Below are positions 1 through 9,458 of a stretch of 64,000 nucleotides of DNA, piece after piece. Location: assembly GCA_031260045.1 (NCBI GenBank), contig JAIRKO010000039.1, positions 122,210-186,209 on the forward strand. The letters are read 5' to 3'. Each line of letters starts with the position of its first letter. Position 1 is the first letter of the stretch. A program made the translations under genes and the position numbers. A model generated the notes under the pieces. The model worked only from the letters and a program-made list of their open reading frames with translations, searched no databases and was not told the origin of the DNA. Origin of the DNA: Dysgonamonadaceae bacterium. Its GTDB lineage: Bacteria > Bacteroidota > Bacteroidia > Bacteroidales > Azobacteroidaceae.

Positions 1-232
1 CCGCGTCTATGTGGAAAAGGACGGGCGAAGCCGCGACGCTTGGTTTCGGTGCGACCTGCCCGCTTACACGCTTTGCAACTTCACCCTCTCGCAAACCTTT
101 CGCAACTTGAAAATAACGGCGGGGGTAAATAATATTTTTAACTACCGTCCCGAAACGTTGGGGGCGGGGGTGACGGCATTCAGCATTCCCGCTACCGCCG
201 GAGTTCGCGCGTATGTGCAATTACAAATTACG
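1..232 (+). CDS. C-terminal end of a TonB-dependent receptor (5' end outside the window); no stop codon before the HmuY ATG
   Basis: Frame open from nt 2: ...LPAYTLCNFTLSQTF..ITAGVNNIFNYRP...GVRAYVQLQIT, which matches the terminal beta-strands and the GVxNLFN-type motif of TonB-dependent receptors. Confidence 0.75.
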
Positions 233-937
233 ATGATGAAACCATCAATTATCAATTATTTATTCGTTTTGCTGGCAATGGTTTCATGTGTGAAATACGA
301 CGCGGAGCCTTTCACGGGCAAAATCATGCCCCGCGTTACCGGTTACAGTTCCGGCGTAACCGACGACTGGATTTATTTCAACTTGCGCACGGGGGAGGTT
401 TTTAATAAACACGCGCCCAATGAAGACATTCGAGAGGGTGAACAGTTCAACCGCACGGATTGGGATTTGGCTTTCTGCGGCTATCATATGCGCACCAACA
501 GCGGCACGAGCGGCGGCGGACAGGGCGGCGCCATCGACTTGGGCTACGGCGATTACGACCGCTGGAAAACCGCCGCACAACTTCCCGCAAATGCCGAGTG
601 GATAACGGATACCGATACGGACGTGTACGTTACTTATTCGCAAATCGACTGGTATCGCTATCTGCTGGGAAACCACCTGAATGTCGATGATAACCCATGG
701 TTTAACCCCAATAGCGGACCGGCGCGTAAACTCACGAGCGCCAACCGGAAATTGGAAGAGGCGATGTCGCTTGCCGGTCCTCCGATGTCCTACACACCGT
801 CGTATCACACCTACGTTGTGCGCACTGCCGACGGGCTGCGGTATTTTAAGCTGCAGGTCGTGAACTGGTACAATGCCGATAGCGAAATCGACGCTACCGG
901 CGGGGAGTTGAGTTATTATTGCGATGGGTTGGATTGA
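233..937 (+). CDS. hmuY: HmuY-family heme/metal-binding lipoprotein
   Basis: ATG at 233/236, lipoprotein signal (LLAMVS-C), and motifs WIYFNL, DWDLAF..YHMRTNSG, VRTADG.YFKLQV typical of HmuY. Confidence 0.8.
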   Translation: MMKPSIINYLFVLLAMVSCVKYDAEPFTGKIMPRVTGYSSGVTDDWIYFNLRTGEVFNKHAPNEDIREGEQFNRTDWDLAFCGYHMRTNSGTSGGGQGGAIDLGYGDYDRWKTAAQLPANAEWITDTDTDVYVTYSQIDWYRYLLGNHLNVDDNPWFNPNSGPARKLTSANRKLEEAMSLAGPPMSYTPSYHTYVVRTADGLRYFKLQVVNWYNADSEIDATGGELSYYCDGLD

Positions 938-986
938 ATGTGCCGATGATTTATAAATAAAAATGCCGCCAGTCGGAAAATTTATG

Positions 987-994
987 TACCTTTG
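987..994 (+). promoter_or_regulatory. Bacteroidetes sigma70 -7 box for corA
   Basis: TACCTTTG matches TAnnTTTG, about 70 nt upstream of the corA ATG. Confidence 0.55.
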
Positions 995-1065
995 CCCGTC
1001 TTTTGCAGCGAGTGCAAAACATTAAGGTAAATGTTAATATTCCACACCATTTTAATTCTGTAATC

Positions 1066-2004
1066 ATGTCCGAGTTCAAACTTTTTTATAAGAAGGATAA
1101 TACGGTGAAAATTTGCCGCAGCATCGAATTTATCAAACAAATCCCGGAAAACGACATATTATGGATCGACCTCAACGACGTGGACGAAGCCACTGAAAAC
1201 CAATTGGAAGATTATCTGAAAATTTACATTCAGGAAGAAGAAGAAATGATCGAAATCGAAACCTCTTCCCGATATATCGAAACGCGCGACACGCTGGTTG
1301 TGAACACCAACTTCCTTTTAGGTACTTACGACAAAAATCCGGTTTCTTTCATCTTGAAAAACAATATCCTCATCTCCGTCAGAAACGAGGATTTGAGTTC
1401 TTTTACCGAAACGGTGAAAAAAATATTTGCCAATCCGCACAATTTCACGTCCGGCTACCATATTTTCCTCGCCCTGCTCGAAACCCGAATCGAATTCGAC
1501 GCCGATATGATTGAGGAAATTACGATGGAAATTACCAACATGAGTAACAGCATTCAGGACGCGGACGAAGACGCTTTGTTAGAAATCAAAAACTTACAGG
1601 AAAAAACCATGATGTTTCGCGAAAACATCATCGACAAGCAACGCGCCGTGTCCAGCATGTTGCGCAGTAGCCTTGTCCCCCGCGAATTGCACGCAAAACT
1701 GACCATCTTAATCAAGGACATTAATTCCCTGCTGGAACATATCCGATTCAGTTTCGACCGTTTGGACTACTTGCAAGATACGTTTCTCGGTTTGTTGAAC
1801 ATACAGCAAAACAAGATTATCAAAATATTTACGATTATATCGGTCATCTTCATGCCGCCAACCCTGATTGCAAGCATCTACGGAATGAACTTCGACGTGA
1901 TGCCCGAACTGCACTGGAAATGGGGTTATGCGTTTTCATACTTTTTGATGGCGGTGTTTATCGCGGCGTTCTTGCTGTATTTTAGGAAAAAGAAATATTT
2001 ATGA
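1066..2004 (+). CDS. corA: Magnesium/cobalt transporter CorA
   Basis: YGMNF signature, MPEL loop and two C-terminal TM helices. ATG 1066 preferred over TTG 1003. Confidence 0.92.
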   Translation: MSEFKLFYKKDNTVKICRSIEFIKQIPENDILWIDLNDVDEATENQLEDYLKIYIQEEEEMIEIETSSRYIETRDTLVVNTNFLLGTYDKNPVSFILKNNILISVRNEDLSSFTETVKKIFANPHNFTSGYHIFLALLETRIEFDADMIEEITMEITNMSNSIQDADEDALLEIKNLQEKTMMFRENIIDKQRAVSSMLRSSLVPRELHAKLTILIKDINSLLEHIRFSFDRLDYLQDTFLGLLNIQQNKIIKIFTIISVIFMPPTLIASIYGMNFDVMPELHWKWGYAFSYFLMAVFIAAFLLYFRKKKYL

Positions 2005-2007
2005 ATA

Positions 2008-2058
2008 AGTTACGAGTTATGAGTTACAAGTAAATTTGTTCACTCGTAACTTGTAACT
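2008..2058. repeat. 7-bp-period inverted repeat hairpin (AGTTACR x3 / ACTYGTA x2)
   Basis: AGTTACG AGTTATG AGTTACA AGT ... ACTCGTA ACTTGTA ACT, between corA and galM. Confidence 0.8.
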
Positions 2059-2077
2059 ACACAAAAAAACATTCATC

Positions 2078-3226
2078 ATGAAAAAGAACATTTTTATTTT
2101 AGCAACATCGGCAGTTTTGTTAGTTTCCTGCGGTAAAGGAAAAACGAACGAATTTACATCGGCTTCTGGCTTGCAGGCTTCCCGGTTTGAAACAACTTTG
2201 GACGACGGCAAAACAACCACGCATTTGTACGCAATCAAAAATGCAAACGGCATGGAAGTTTGCGTTACCAACATCGGCGCGCGCATTGTTTCCATTTGGA
2301 CGCCCGATCAATCGGGGAATTTCAGGGACGTCGTACTCGGTTTCGACAATATTCAGCCCTATATTCCGGTTAAAACCCTTTTCGGAGCCATCGTCGGTCG
2401 TTACGCCAACCGCATCGCCGACGGGAAAATGACGCTCAGCAACCGCGCTACTTACCGCCTCAAGGCAAACGACGGGGAAAATATCCTGCACGGAGGCGTG
2501 CGCGGTTTTCATGCTCGCTATTTCAATATCGAACAACAGGACAGCGCGACGCTGATTTGCCGCTACCTTTCCAAAAACGGCGAGGAAGGTTTTCCCGGCG
2601 ACATGCGGGTTACCGTAACCTATTCCCTTTCCGGCGACAACGCGCTTCGCATTGATTACGAAGCGGAAGCCAATCAATCGACAGTGGTGAATTTGACGAA
2701 TTATTCGTATTTTAACCTGTCGGGCGACCCGAACAATACGATTCTTGACCATTCGCTTTTTGTGGATGCCGACAGTTATACGCCGACAAACAGCGAACTA
2801 ATCCCGACCGGAGTCATTGCAAAAGTAAACGGCACGCCGATGGATTTCACAACGCCGAAAATTGTCGGTGAACGAATTGACGACACAACTTTTGAAGCCC
2901 TGAAATTCGGACAAGGCTACGACCACAATTACGTGTTGAACCATTCCGGCGATGTCAACCGCTTAGCCGCCAAATTAGTTTCGCCGACCACCGGGATTGC
3001 CTTGGAAGTGTACACGACCGAACCGGGATTGCTGGTCTATACGGGAAATTCTCTGGACGGTACGGACGTTGGCAAAAACGGGATTGCTTACCGTTCCAGA
3101 ACCGCCGTCTGCTTGGCGACTCAACATTTCCCCAATTCGCCAAATATTCCCTCTTTTCCGACTACGGAACTCTTTCCCGGCAACGTTTATCACACGCAAA
3201 CGATTTATAAATTTATGGTGGAATAA
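2078..3226 (+). CDS. galM: Aldose 1-epimerase (GalM)-fold lipoprotein, catalytic His and Glu substituted
   Basis: Lipobox LLVS-C; GRYANRI, LHGG, GFPG and YDHN are present, but the protein has NLTNYSYFNL (H->Y) and CLATQHFP (E->A). Confidence 0.85.
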   Translation: MKKNIFILATSAVLLVSCGKGKTNEFTSASGLQASRFETTLDDGKTTTHLYAIKNANGMEVCVTNIGARIVSIWTPDQSGNFRDVVLGFDNIQPYIPVKTLFGAIVGRYANRIADGKMTLSNRATYRLKANDGENILHGGVRGFHARYFNIEQQDSATLICRYLSKNGEEGFPGDMRVTVTYSLSGDNALRIDYEAEANQSTVVNLTNYSYFNLSGDPNNTILDHSLFVDADSYTPTNSELIPTGVIAKVNGTPMDFTTPKIVGERIDDTTFEALKFGQGYDHNYVLNHSGDVNRLAAKLVSPTTGIALEVYTTEPGLLVYTGNSLDGTDVGKNGIAYRSRTAVCLATQHFPNSPNIPSFPTTELFPGNVYHTQTIYKFMVE

Positions 3227-3283
3227 TCTCTGTTCGTGCGCACGTTTACGCGAAACGTACCCACGTTTTTGGGCAAACAAATC

Positions 3284-4173
3284 TCATTTTCCCGCCCGGC
3301 AAATGGCTTTTCTCATCTTGGAAGCGATATATAAAAAGCCGGGCGTAAATTGACAGCGATATCCGAATGAAGATAAAAACAAAGGTATATTTTTCGCATC
3401 GTCCGCTTTATGATACGTACAAACGGAAAGCGTAACGGAGGGTACATCGGCAAGCAGTTGCCTCGCGCCGTAGAGTGCGGATAATTCGGCGCCTTCAATA
3501 TCCATTTTAATAAAAAGATTTTCCTGTTCTTTCCCTTTCATAAAAGAATCCAGGGTAATGCAGCGATCATCATTTTTGTCGCTTACATATTTATATACAA
3601 ATTCTACTTTTTCTTTCCAAGGGGCAAAGGTCATTTGGAGCGGTTCGATCCACTCTTCTTCACATTCAAATACATATACTTTTTTTACGTATTCGATGGT
3701 GTCCAGAGCAAAAATACCTTCTGCCGCGCCAATATCCAAAAGCGTTTTTCCGGTTAGTTCGTCATAGGATTTCACGTATCGGTGGGCGCTTTCGGGGTCT
3801 TGTTCGATTAGCAGCCCTCGATATGTATACCTCACACGCATATTATCCCACTCGCGGGGGAAATACAGTTTTTTTCCGTTGTGATACACATACGAAATAC
3901 CCCCCCCCTATTTTCACTAAAAACCTTAATATCAGCGTGTTTATACCTCACAGAAGTCTTGAAAGGATAGAAAGTAACTCCATGCCTGCCGACAAATCGA
4001 AAAGCGTCGTAATAATCATTGCGGGGATAAAACGGGCTGAAAACATATACCCAAATTCCATTACACCAAGAAGATATATTTCTTAGATTGAATAACGTTT
4101 TCCCTAAAAAGGCGTCATATATTTTCGCCCTGAGTGTGGGCGGTATATATTTGCGGTATAATTTAACTATCAT
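3284..4173 (-). pseudogene. FkbM-family SAM-dependent methyltransferase split by a frameshift in a G9 tract
   Basis: ORFs 3832..4173 and 3284..3889 overlap across poly-C 3900-3908. The 3' part has LDIGAAEG and [10 protein letters not shown]10 or G7 would join the two. Confidence 0.8.
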
Positions 4174-4186
4174 GGTAGGTTTATTT

Positions 4187-4275
4187 TAATGTTCATAATT
4201 TTCTTAAGCAATCCAGAGCAAACCGCTATACGTAATTCTCTGGATTGCTTCACCGCTACGCGGTTCGTAATGACG
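4187..4275. repeat. REP/MITE-like palindromic element
   Basis: AAGCAATCCAGAG...CTCTGGATTGCTT-CACCGCTACGCGGTTCGTAATGACG; near reverse complement of 16845-16915. Confidence 0.8.
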
Positions 4276-4287
4276 TGTACGATGTGC

Positions 4288-5751
4288 CTACAAACTATCC
4301 CCAAAATCCTCCTTAAACTTGGCAATCAATTTCTGGGGCCAGTCCGAAACCGGTTCCAAGCGTCCCATGAAGAAACGCAGCACCGGCGGCTCATACACAA
4401 ACCGCAGTCCGCCGATAAGTTCCCGATTTTCGTTCAACCACATAAGGCGGTCTATCACATATTTGATTTGCGAAAGCGTAAACACACGGCGAGGCACAGC
4501 CAAACGAAGCAGTTCCATATCGGCATACGTTTCGTTACCGTATTCATCGCGCTGGTTCGACAGCGAGCCGCGTTCCATCCCGCGAACGCCCGAAATCAGG
4601 AAAAACGCCGCAGCAAAAGCTCCCGCGATATATTCCTTTTGATCAAGGTGTGTGCAAATATCCCGCGTATTAACGTGGGCGCCAAGCACGCCCGGCGGCG
4701 TTATCATCGGCACGCCCTGTTCCGAAGCGGAATTAACCAGATATTTGATAAAATCGGGACTTTGGCTGATGATGGTTTCGTCGAGCGTTTCGTACAAACC
4801 GACGGCAATGGCTTCGATTTCGCGCACCGACATGCCGCCGTAGGTCAGGAAGCCCTCAAAAAGCGGTATCAGCGGTTCCATTTCACGATAAATTTTATCG
4901 TTGTCGGTACAGATACCCCCGCCCCGCGAAGAACTGAGTTTGCGGGCGGAAAAATACACAATATCAGCCATTCCGGTCATGATTTGTATGATTTCGCCCA
5001 TCGAATATTCGGCAAATTCAGGTTCGCGCTGTTTCACTAAATACGCATTTTCGCCGAGCAGGCTCGCATCAAGCACAAGGCGAATGCCGTATTTATCGGC
5101 AATGGCTTTCACATCCCGCAAATTTTGTATCGAAAACGGCTGTCCGCCAATCAGGTTGGTAGAGGCTTCCATGCGTATAAATGGAATATTGGAAACGCCC
5201 TCTTTGACGATGGTTTCTTCCAGTTTTTCGATATTCATATTCCCTTTGAACGGATGCGAAGACGTGGTTTTATAAGCCTCGTCGTAAAGCAACTCCACAA
5301 TCCGCCCGCCATACTGGGTGATGTGCGCCAGCGTCGTCGTAAAATGGTAGTTCATCGGGATAAGGCTACCCTTTTTGATGTAAGCGCAAGCAATGATGTT
5401 TTCGGCGGCACGCCCCTGATGCACGGGCAAGAGGTATTTTTTGCCCAGCACATCTTTCACCGCTTTTTGCATACGGATAAAACTTTGCGAACCGGCGTAG
5501 GCATCGTCAGCCTGCATCATGGCGGCAAGCTGATTGTCGCTCATGGCATTGACGCCGCTGTCGGTAATCATATCCAGAAAAATATCGGTAGTTTGCAGAC
5601 CAAACGTGTTGAAACCGCCTTCATAAAGGGCTTCCAAACGTCGTTCGATAGGAACTAAATGCAGTTTTTGTACGATACGTACTTTGTGGAGTTCCAACGG
5701 AATATCTTCCCCGTTGTAAAATTTAATTTTTACGGGATTTTCTTTGCTCAT
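4288..5751 (-). CDS. tnaA: Tryptophanase / tyrosine phenol-lyase family beta-eliminating lyase
   Basis: DMITDSG, HQGRAAE, PLP-lysine motif SARK, EGFLTYGG, LRLAVPRRV. Confidence 0.82.
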   Translation of the reverse strand: MSKENPVKIKFYNGEDIPLELHKVRIVQKLHLVPIERRLEALYEGGFNTFGLQTTDIFLDMITDSGVNAMSDNQLAAMMQADDAYAGSQSFIRMQKAVKDVLGKKYLLPVHQGRAAENIIACAYIKKGSLIPMNYHFTTTLAHITQYGGRIVELLYDEAYKTTSSHPFKGNMNIEKLEETIVKEGVSNIPFIRMEASTNLIGGQPFSIQNLRDVKAIADKYGIRLVLDASLLGENAYLVKQREPEFAEYSMGEIIQIMTGMADIVYFSARKLSSSRGGGICTDNDKIYREMEPLIPLFEGFLTYGGMSVREIEAIAVGLYETLDETIISQSPDFIKYLVNSASEQGVPMITPPGVLGAHVNTRDICTHLDQKEYIAGAFAAAFFLISGVRGMERGSLSNQRDEYGNETYADMELLRLAVPRRVFTLSQIKYVIDRLMWLNENRELIGGLRFVYEPPVLRFFMGRLEPVSDWPQKLIAKFKEDFGDSL

Positions 5752-5754
5752 AGA

Positions 5755-6021
5755 TTACTTTGTGGCTACTTTATGGCTGCTTTCTCCCAATATAATCAAC
5801 GCTTTATCTAAAATTGTCGAGTCGTCTAAAGTAACGATGCCGCCCTCAGGTCCCGGCTCAATATGGATACCGGCTTTATTTTCCGTACTATGGTTTACAT
5901 TGCCGAAATAATTTATCACGGTTTCTACCGACAAACCCAATTCCGTAGCGATTTGGCGGATGCTGCCTTCGGGAAGGCTGTCTTTGATTCGACGAAGTTC
6001 ATTAAATGTTATCGTTTTCAT
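5755..6021 (-). CDS. Small conserved Bacteroidales HTH DNA-binding protein
   Basis: KTITFNELRRIKDSLP.GS..QIA.ELG.SVETV.NYFG helix-turn-helix; only 3 nt from the tnaA start. Confidence 0.75.
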   Translation of the reverse strand: MKTITFNELRRIKDSLPEGSIRQIATELGLSVETVINYFGNVNHSTENKAGIHIEPGPEGGIVTLDDSTILDKALIILGESSHKVATK

Positions 6022-6070
6022 AGATTTAATAATTAAAATGTTAAGAGTGTGAAAGATAAATTATAAAATT

Positions 6071-6174
6071 TTTATTCTGGATTGCTTCAGGCTTCGCCTT
6101 CGCAATGACGTGCAAACCACAGCCATCACAAGCGATGAAGCAATCCAGAAAAGAATAATATGAACATTTACTTA
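6071..6174. repeat. REP/MITE-like palindromic element with terminal TATGAACATTTACTTA
   Basis: CTGGATTGCTTCAGGCTTCGCCTTCGCAATGACG...GAAGCAATCCAG; the 16-bp end is the exact reverse complement of 46656-46671. Confidence 0.8.
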
Positions 6175-6247
6175 AACCGGTGCTAATGTACGGCAAAAAT
6201 AAATACCCTCCAACTATTTTCTCATAAATTAATCGGGATAAAAATAA

Positions 6248-6943
6248 TTATGCCTGAAAGAAAAATTTAACTAATTGGTTATTAAATAGTAATAAAACCG
6301 TTAAATATCCGCCGAATACCCCGCAAAGGAAATTAGAGGCTCGTTGGGAAAAAAGGGGAATGGCACCGTTTCGTTCCACTTCCAACCATTTACAGCGAAC
6401 GAATTGATACAGCCGGTAAACCGAATATCCCGTCAAAGAGCCGACAAGCGCGCCGGCTACAACATCCGAAATAAAATGTACGCCGAGATAAATCCGCGAA
6501 TAGGCATTCAGCATGGCAAAAAGGAGTATTATAACTGTGTATAACCGATTTCGGAAAAGAAATAAGGTGAAAACTGCAAACCCGAAACTATTGGTTGCGT
6601 GTCCGGATATGAAACCGTATAATCCGCCCCTGTAATCCAGCACTGTTTTTACAAGATGCTCAAAATCGGGATGATGCGTAGGTCGGAAACGGTGAAAAAA
6701 CGGCTTGAAAAAACCGGAAGAAATTTGGTCGCAAAGCAAAACAAGCAAACTGATTGCCAACAGAATACAAACTATTTCTTTCGATTTTTGTTTATAACAG
6801 AAAATGAATATAAAACACAAATAAAAAAGCGCCCACGTCCACATATAAGAATACAGGTAGAAAAAATTATCCAAAAACGCCGATTCGCTTCCATTCAGTT
6901 GGAAAAAAAGCGTTTTCTCAAATTGGAGTTCTTTTTCAAGCAT
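6248..6943 (-). CDS. PAP2-family membrane phosphatase
   Basis: KxxxxRxRP, SGH and SRIYLGVH motifs; hydrophobic helices. Confidence 0.88.
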   Translation of the reverse strand: MLEKELQFEKTLFFQLNGSESAFLDNFFYLYSYMWTWALFYLCFIFIFCYKQKSKEIVCILLAISLLVLLCDQISSGFFKPFFHRFRPTHHPDFEHLVKTVLDYRGGLYGFISGHATNSFGFAVFTLFLFRNRLYTVIILLFAMLNAYSRIYLGVHFISDVVAGALVGSLTGYSVYRLYQFVRCKWLEVERNGAIPLFSQRASNFLCGVFGGYLTVLLLFNNQLVKFFFQA

Positions 6944-8273
6944 AATGTTTTTCGTTAATCTCGCGAACCGCAGGCTGCCGTTTCGTAGTGGCTTTTATTG
7001 TTTTCATTTCTAACGTTTTTTTCAACTTCTTGATTTCTTTTTCCTGATTAAGGATGGTCGTGAGCAAAGCATTCAACTCTTCATTTTCGATTGTAGCGGG
7101 AAACTGGCTTTCTACGCGGTTGATAAAATCGCTCAGGACATTCATATAATTGTTGAAAGCATCGTAAGCGTTTTCGTAGGGACTGTATACGCTTGGGGCG
7201 GGAAATAGTTTGGTACTCATAAAGTTAAAGTGATCGCTCGCTTGCAGGTAATCCCAGTCTTGCAGGATGCGCCGGTCGCTCGTCAGGCGAACGCGCTCCC
7301 CGATTTCGTATAATTTGGCAATGGCTTCTTGCTGTAACACATTACCTTTCCAAGGGTTAACGTCTTTTTCCTCGCCCGTCCACGAGCAAGGATAAGGGAC
7401 TACCAATTCACCTACCGGTTTCAGCATGTTGGTCGCTTCCGAAGGCGTAGAAAATCCGATCCCTTTGGCTAAAGCGAAGCGTGGAATTGCTTTGAAAAAC
7501 TCAAAAATGCCGGTTTCGGCAGGCTGTAAACTGCCGAGTACTTCGTAATTCAATCCGATATTGAACAATTGTTCCTGTTCGGGCGCAGAAGCGATCCAAT
7601 TCACTAATTTATCGGAAACCAAAGGATATTCATGCCAGTCGTAATTTGAAAAACGGAACGAAATATCATCGCTGTATTTCATGTTGCGCACAAGTAGCCG
7701 TAATTTGGGAGAGGCTGCGGAAGCGTATAAATAATTTGGGCTTTTCCATCCCAAAACGTGTTTCGCGCCTTCGGTCATCATCGTTTTGTAGCCCATCGCA
7801 TAGACCAACTCGGCGATTTCATCGGAATAAATTAATTCGGTATTGCGGAAAACCTGTGGCGTTTGCCCAAAGAGGAGTTGTATTTTTTCGGAATGTTTAC
7901 GGACTTGATTTTGAAACTCTTCCGGGTCTTCCAATGATGCGAGGGAATGATTGTAAGTTTCCGCCAGAAACTCAACACAGCCGGTTTTTGCCAATTCCTT
8001 GAAACCGTCGATTGCTTCGGGGACGTATATTTCCAATTGTTCCAAAGCAATTCCCGAAATGGAAAACGCCGCTTTGAATTTTCCCTTGTATTCCCTGATT
8101 AAATCCAGCAACATTGCATTGGCGGGAAGATACGAACGGTCGGCAATTCCGCGTATAATATCCTCGTTGGAAAAATCGTCGTAATAATAGTGATCGCTTC
8201 CGATGTCGAAAAAACGGTAACGCTTTAATCTAAAAGGTTGGTGGATTTGGAAATAGAAGCAAATGGTTTTCAT
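6936..8273 (-). CDS. Glycoside hydrolase family 57 (alpha-amylase-like)
   Basis: FQIHQP, ETYNHS, FRNTEL and LQASDH conserved regions. Confidence 0.88.
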   Translation of the reverse strand: MKTICFYFQIHQPFRLKRYRFFDIGSDHYYYDDFSNEDIIRGIADRSYLPANAMLLDLIREYKGKFKAAFSISGIALEQLEIYVPEAIDGFKELAKTGCVEFLAETYNHSLASLEDPEEFQNQVRKHSEKIQLLFGQTPQVFRNTELIYSDEIAELVYAMGYKTMMTEGAKHVLGWKSPNYLYASAASPKLRLLVRNMKYSDDISFRFSNYDWHEYPLVSDKLVNWIASAPEQEQLFNIGLNYEVLGSLQPAETGIFEFFKAIPRFALAKGIGFSTPSEATNMLKPVGELVVPYPCSWTGEEKDVNPWKGNVLQQEAIAKLYEIGERVRLTSDRRILQDWDYLQASDHFNFMSTKLFPAPSVYSPYENAYDAFNNYMNVLSDFINRVESQFPATIENEELNALLTTILNQEKEIKKLKKTLEMKTIKATTKRQPAVREINEKHYA

Positions 8274-8329
8274 GGGTAAAACGTTTTTCGTTCAAGCGAA
8301 AAAGAAAGAAAGACGGAAAAAATCAACGG

Positions 8330-9340
8330 TTACAAACACCGCAACGATCGTCCGATTTTCAGCGTGGTTGTTGATTTGATACCGTTCAGGCGACAAAGAT
8401 TTTGCACGCTTGTTCCGTATCTCATGGCAATCGTCGACAACGTATCGCCGTTTCTCACTTTGTGATATTTTCCCCCTTTACCGCCGTAACTTTTAGATGT
8501 AAAATATCTACCCTTGCTTTTCAGTTGTTTGTATTGCGTGTAAAAATCAACGTTGAAGTAATTGTTTCCGGAGCGGGATTTATTAAAAGTGTAGTAATCG
8601 TCGTAAGTACAGAAATAAGTGAAGTCTATAATATCCGAAGGGTCAATGGCTTGACCCAAAAAGCGAAATTCAAAATGAAGATGAGAACCGGTTGAACGCC
8701 CGGTGTTACCGCCCAAGGCAACGGGTTGTCCCGCTTCTACGTTTTCGTCAATGTCAACCAAAAAATCGGATAAATGTCCGTATACGGTTTCCAAACCATT
8801 GGGATGCCTGATTACCAAGTAGTTGCCGTAACCACCCCTTTCGTAAGAACAAACCCTGACTTTTCCCTCGAATGCGGCAAAAATGGTATCGCCTACCTGA
8901 AGTTTAATATCCACGCCATAATGAAATCTGCGCCAGCGGGGACCGTAAGGAGATGTTACCCTTCCGGCAATCGGCATGACAAAAGAGGAAACATCTATTT
9001 TGAAAGATTCCGGCACATTCGCGTCGGAATATATTTTTAAAAATTCGTTATTCCATGCGCCTTCGTATAATTCGTCCGCCGGAAAGTCATTCGCTTCTTC
9101 TTCCAGTTCCCGCGCCAGAAGCAGCGAATCTATAATTAGCGTCTCGTTTTTGGTCGGCACTCTATCGGCTACCAAATTTCGGCGCTCGCTATTTCTTTTT
9201 ATTTCGTCCCAAATCGGCTCATTTTTCTTTCCTTGTACTACGTTTGATGAAAAAATCAAAATCAAAAACAAAACCCCTGTAAAAACTAACCTGTTAAATT
9301 TCAATATTTTACTCATTTTTTCTTGTTTTTTTACCAGCAC
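8330..9340 (-). CDS. M23 peptidoglycan DD-metalloendopeptidase with C-terminal LysM
   Basis: HYGVD and HLHFE zinc motifs; C-terminal HKVRNGDTLS..A..YG LysM; -7 box at 9399-9406. Confidence 0.9.
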   Translation of the reverse strand: MLVKKQEKMSKILKFNRLVFTGVLFLILIFSSNVVQGKKNEPIWDEIKRNSERRNLVADRVPTKNETLIIDSLLLARELEEEANDFPADELYEGAWNNEFLKIYSDANVPESFKIDVSSFVMPIAGRVTSPYGPRWRRFHYGVDIKLQVGDTIFAAFEGKVRVCSYERGGYGNYLVIRHPNGLETVYGHLSDFLVDIDENVEAGQPVALGGNTGRSTGSHLHFEFRFLGQAIDPSDIIDFTYFCTYDDYYTFNKSRSGNNYFNVDFYTQYKQLKSKGRYFTSKSYGGKGGKYHKVRNGDTLSTIAMRYGTSVQNLCRLNGIKSTTTLKIGRSLRCL

Positions 9341-9458
9341 GTTATTTCAACTTCCGCTCCAATGATATAAATTATTGGAGGTGAAAATTTTCACCGCGCA
9401 AAGATAATACAATTATTCTTAAAAAACCAAATATTTAATGTTAAAAAAATTAACAAAA

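Noticed and set aside
1001-1019. Mg2+ riboswitch in the corA leader (TTTTGCAGCGAGTGCAAAA hairpin)
   Set aside because: It is one small hairpin in a leader of about 65 nt, too short for an M-box; no other support.
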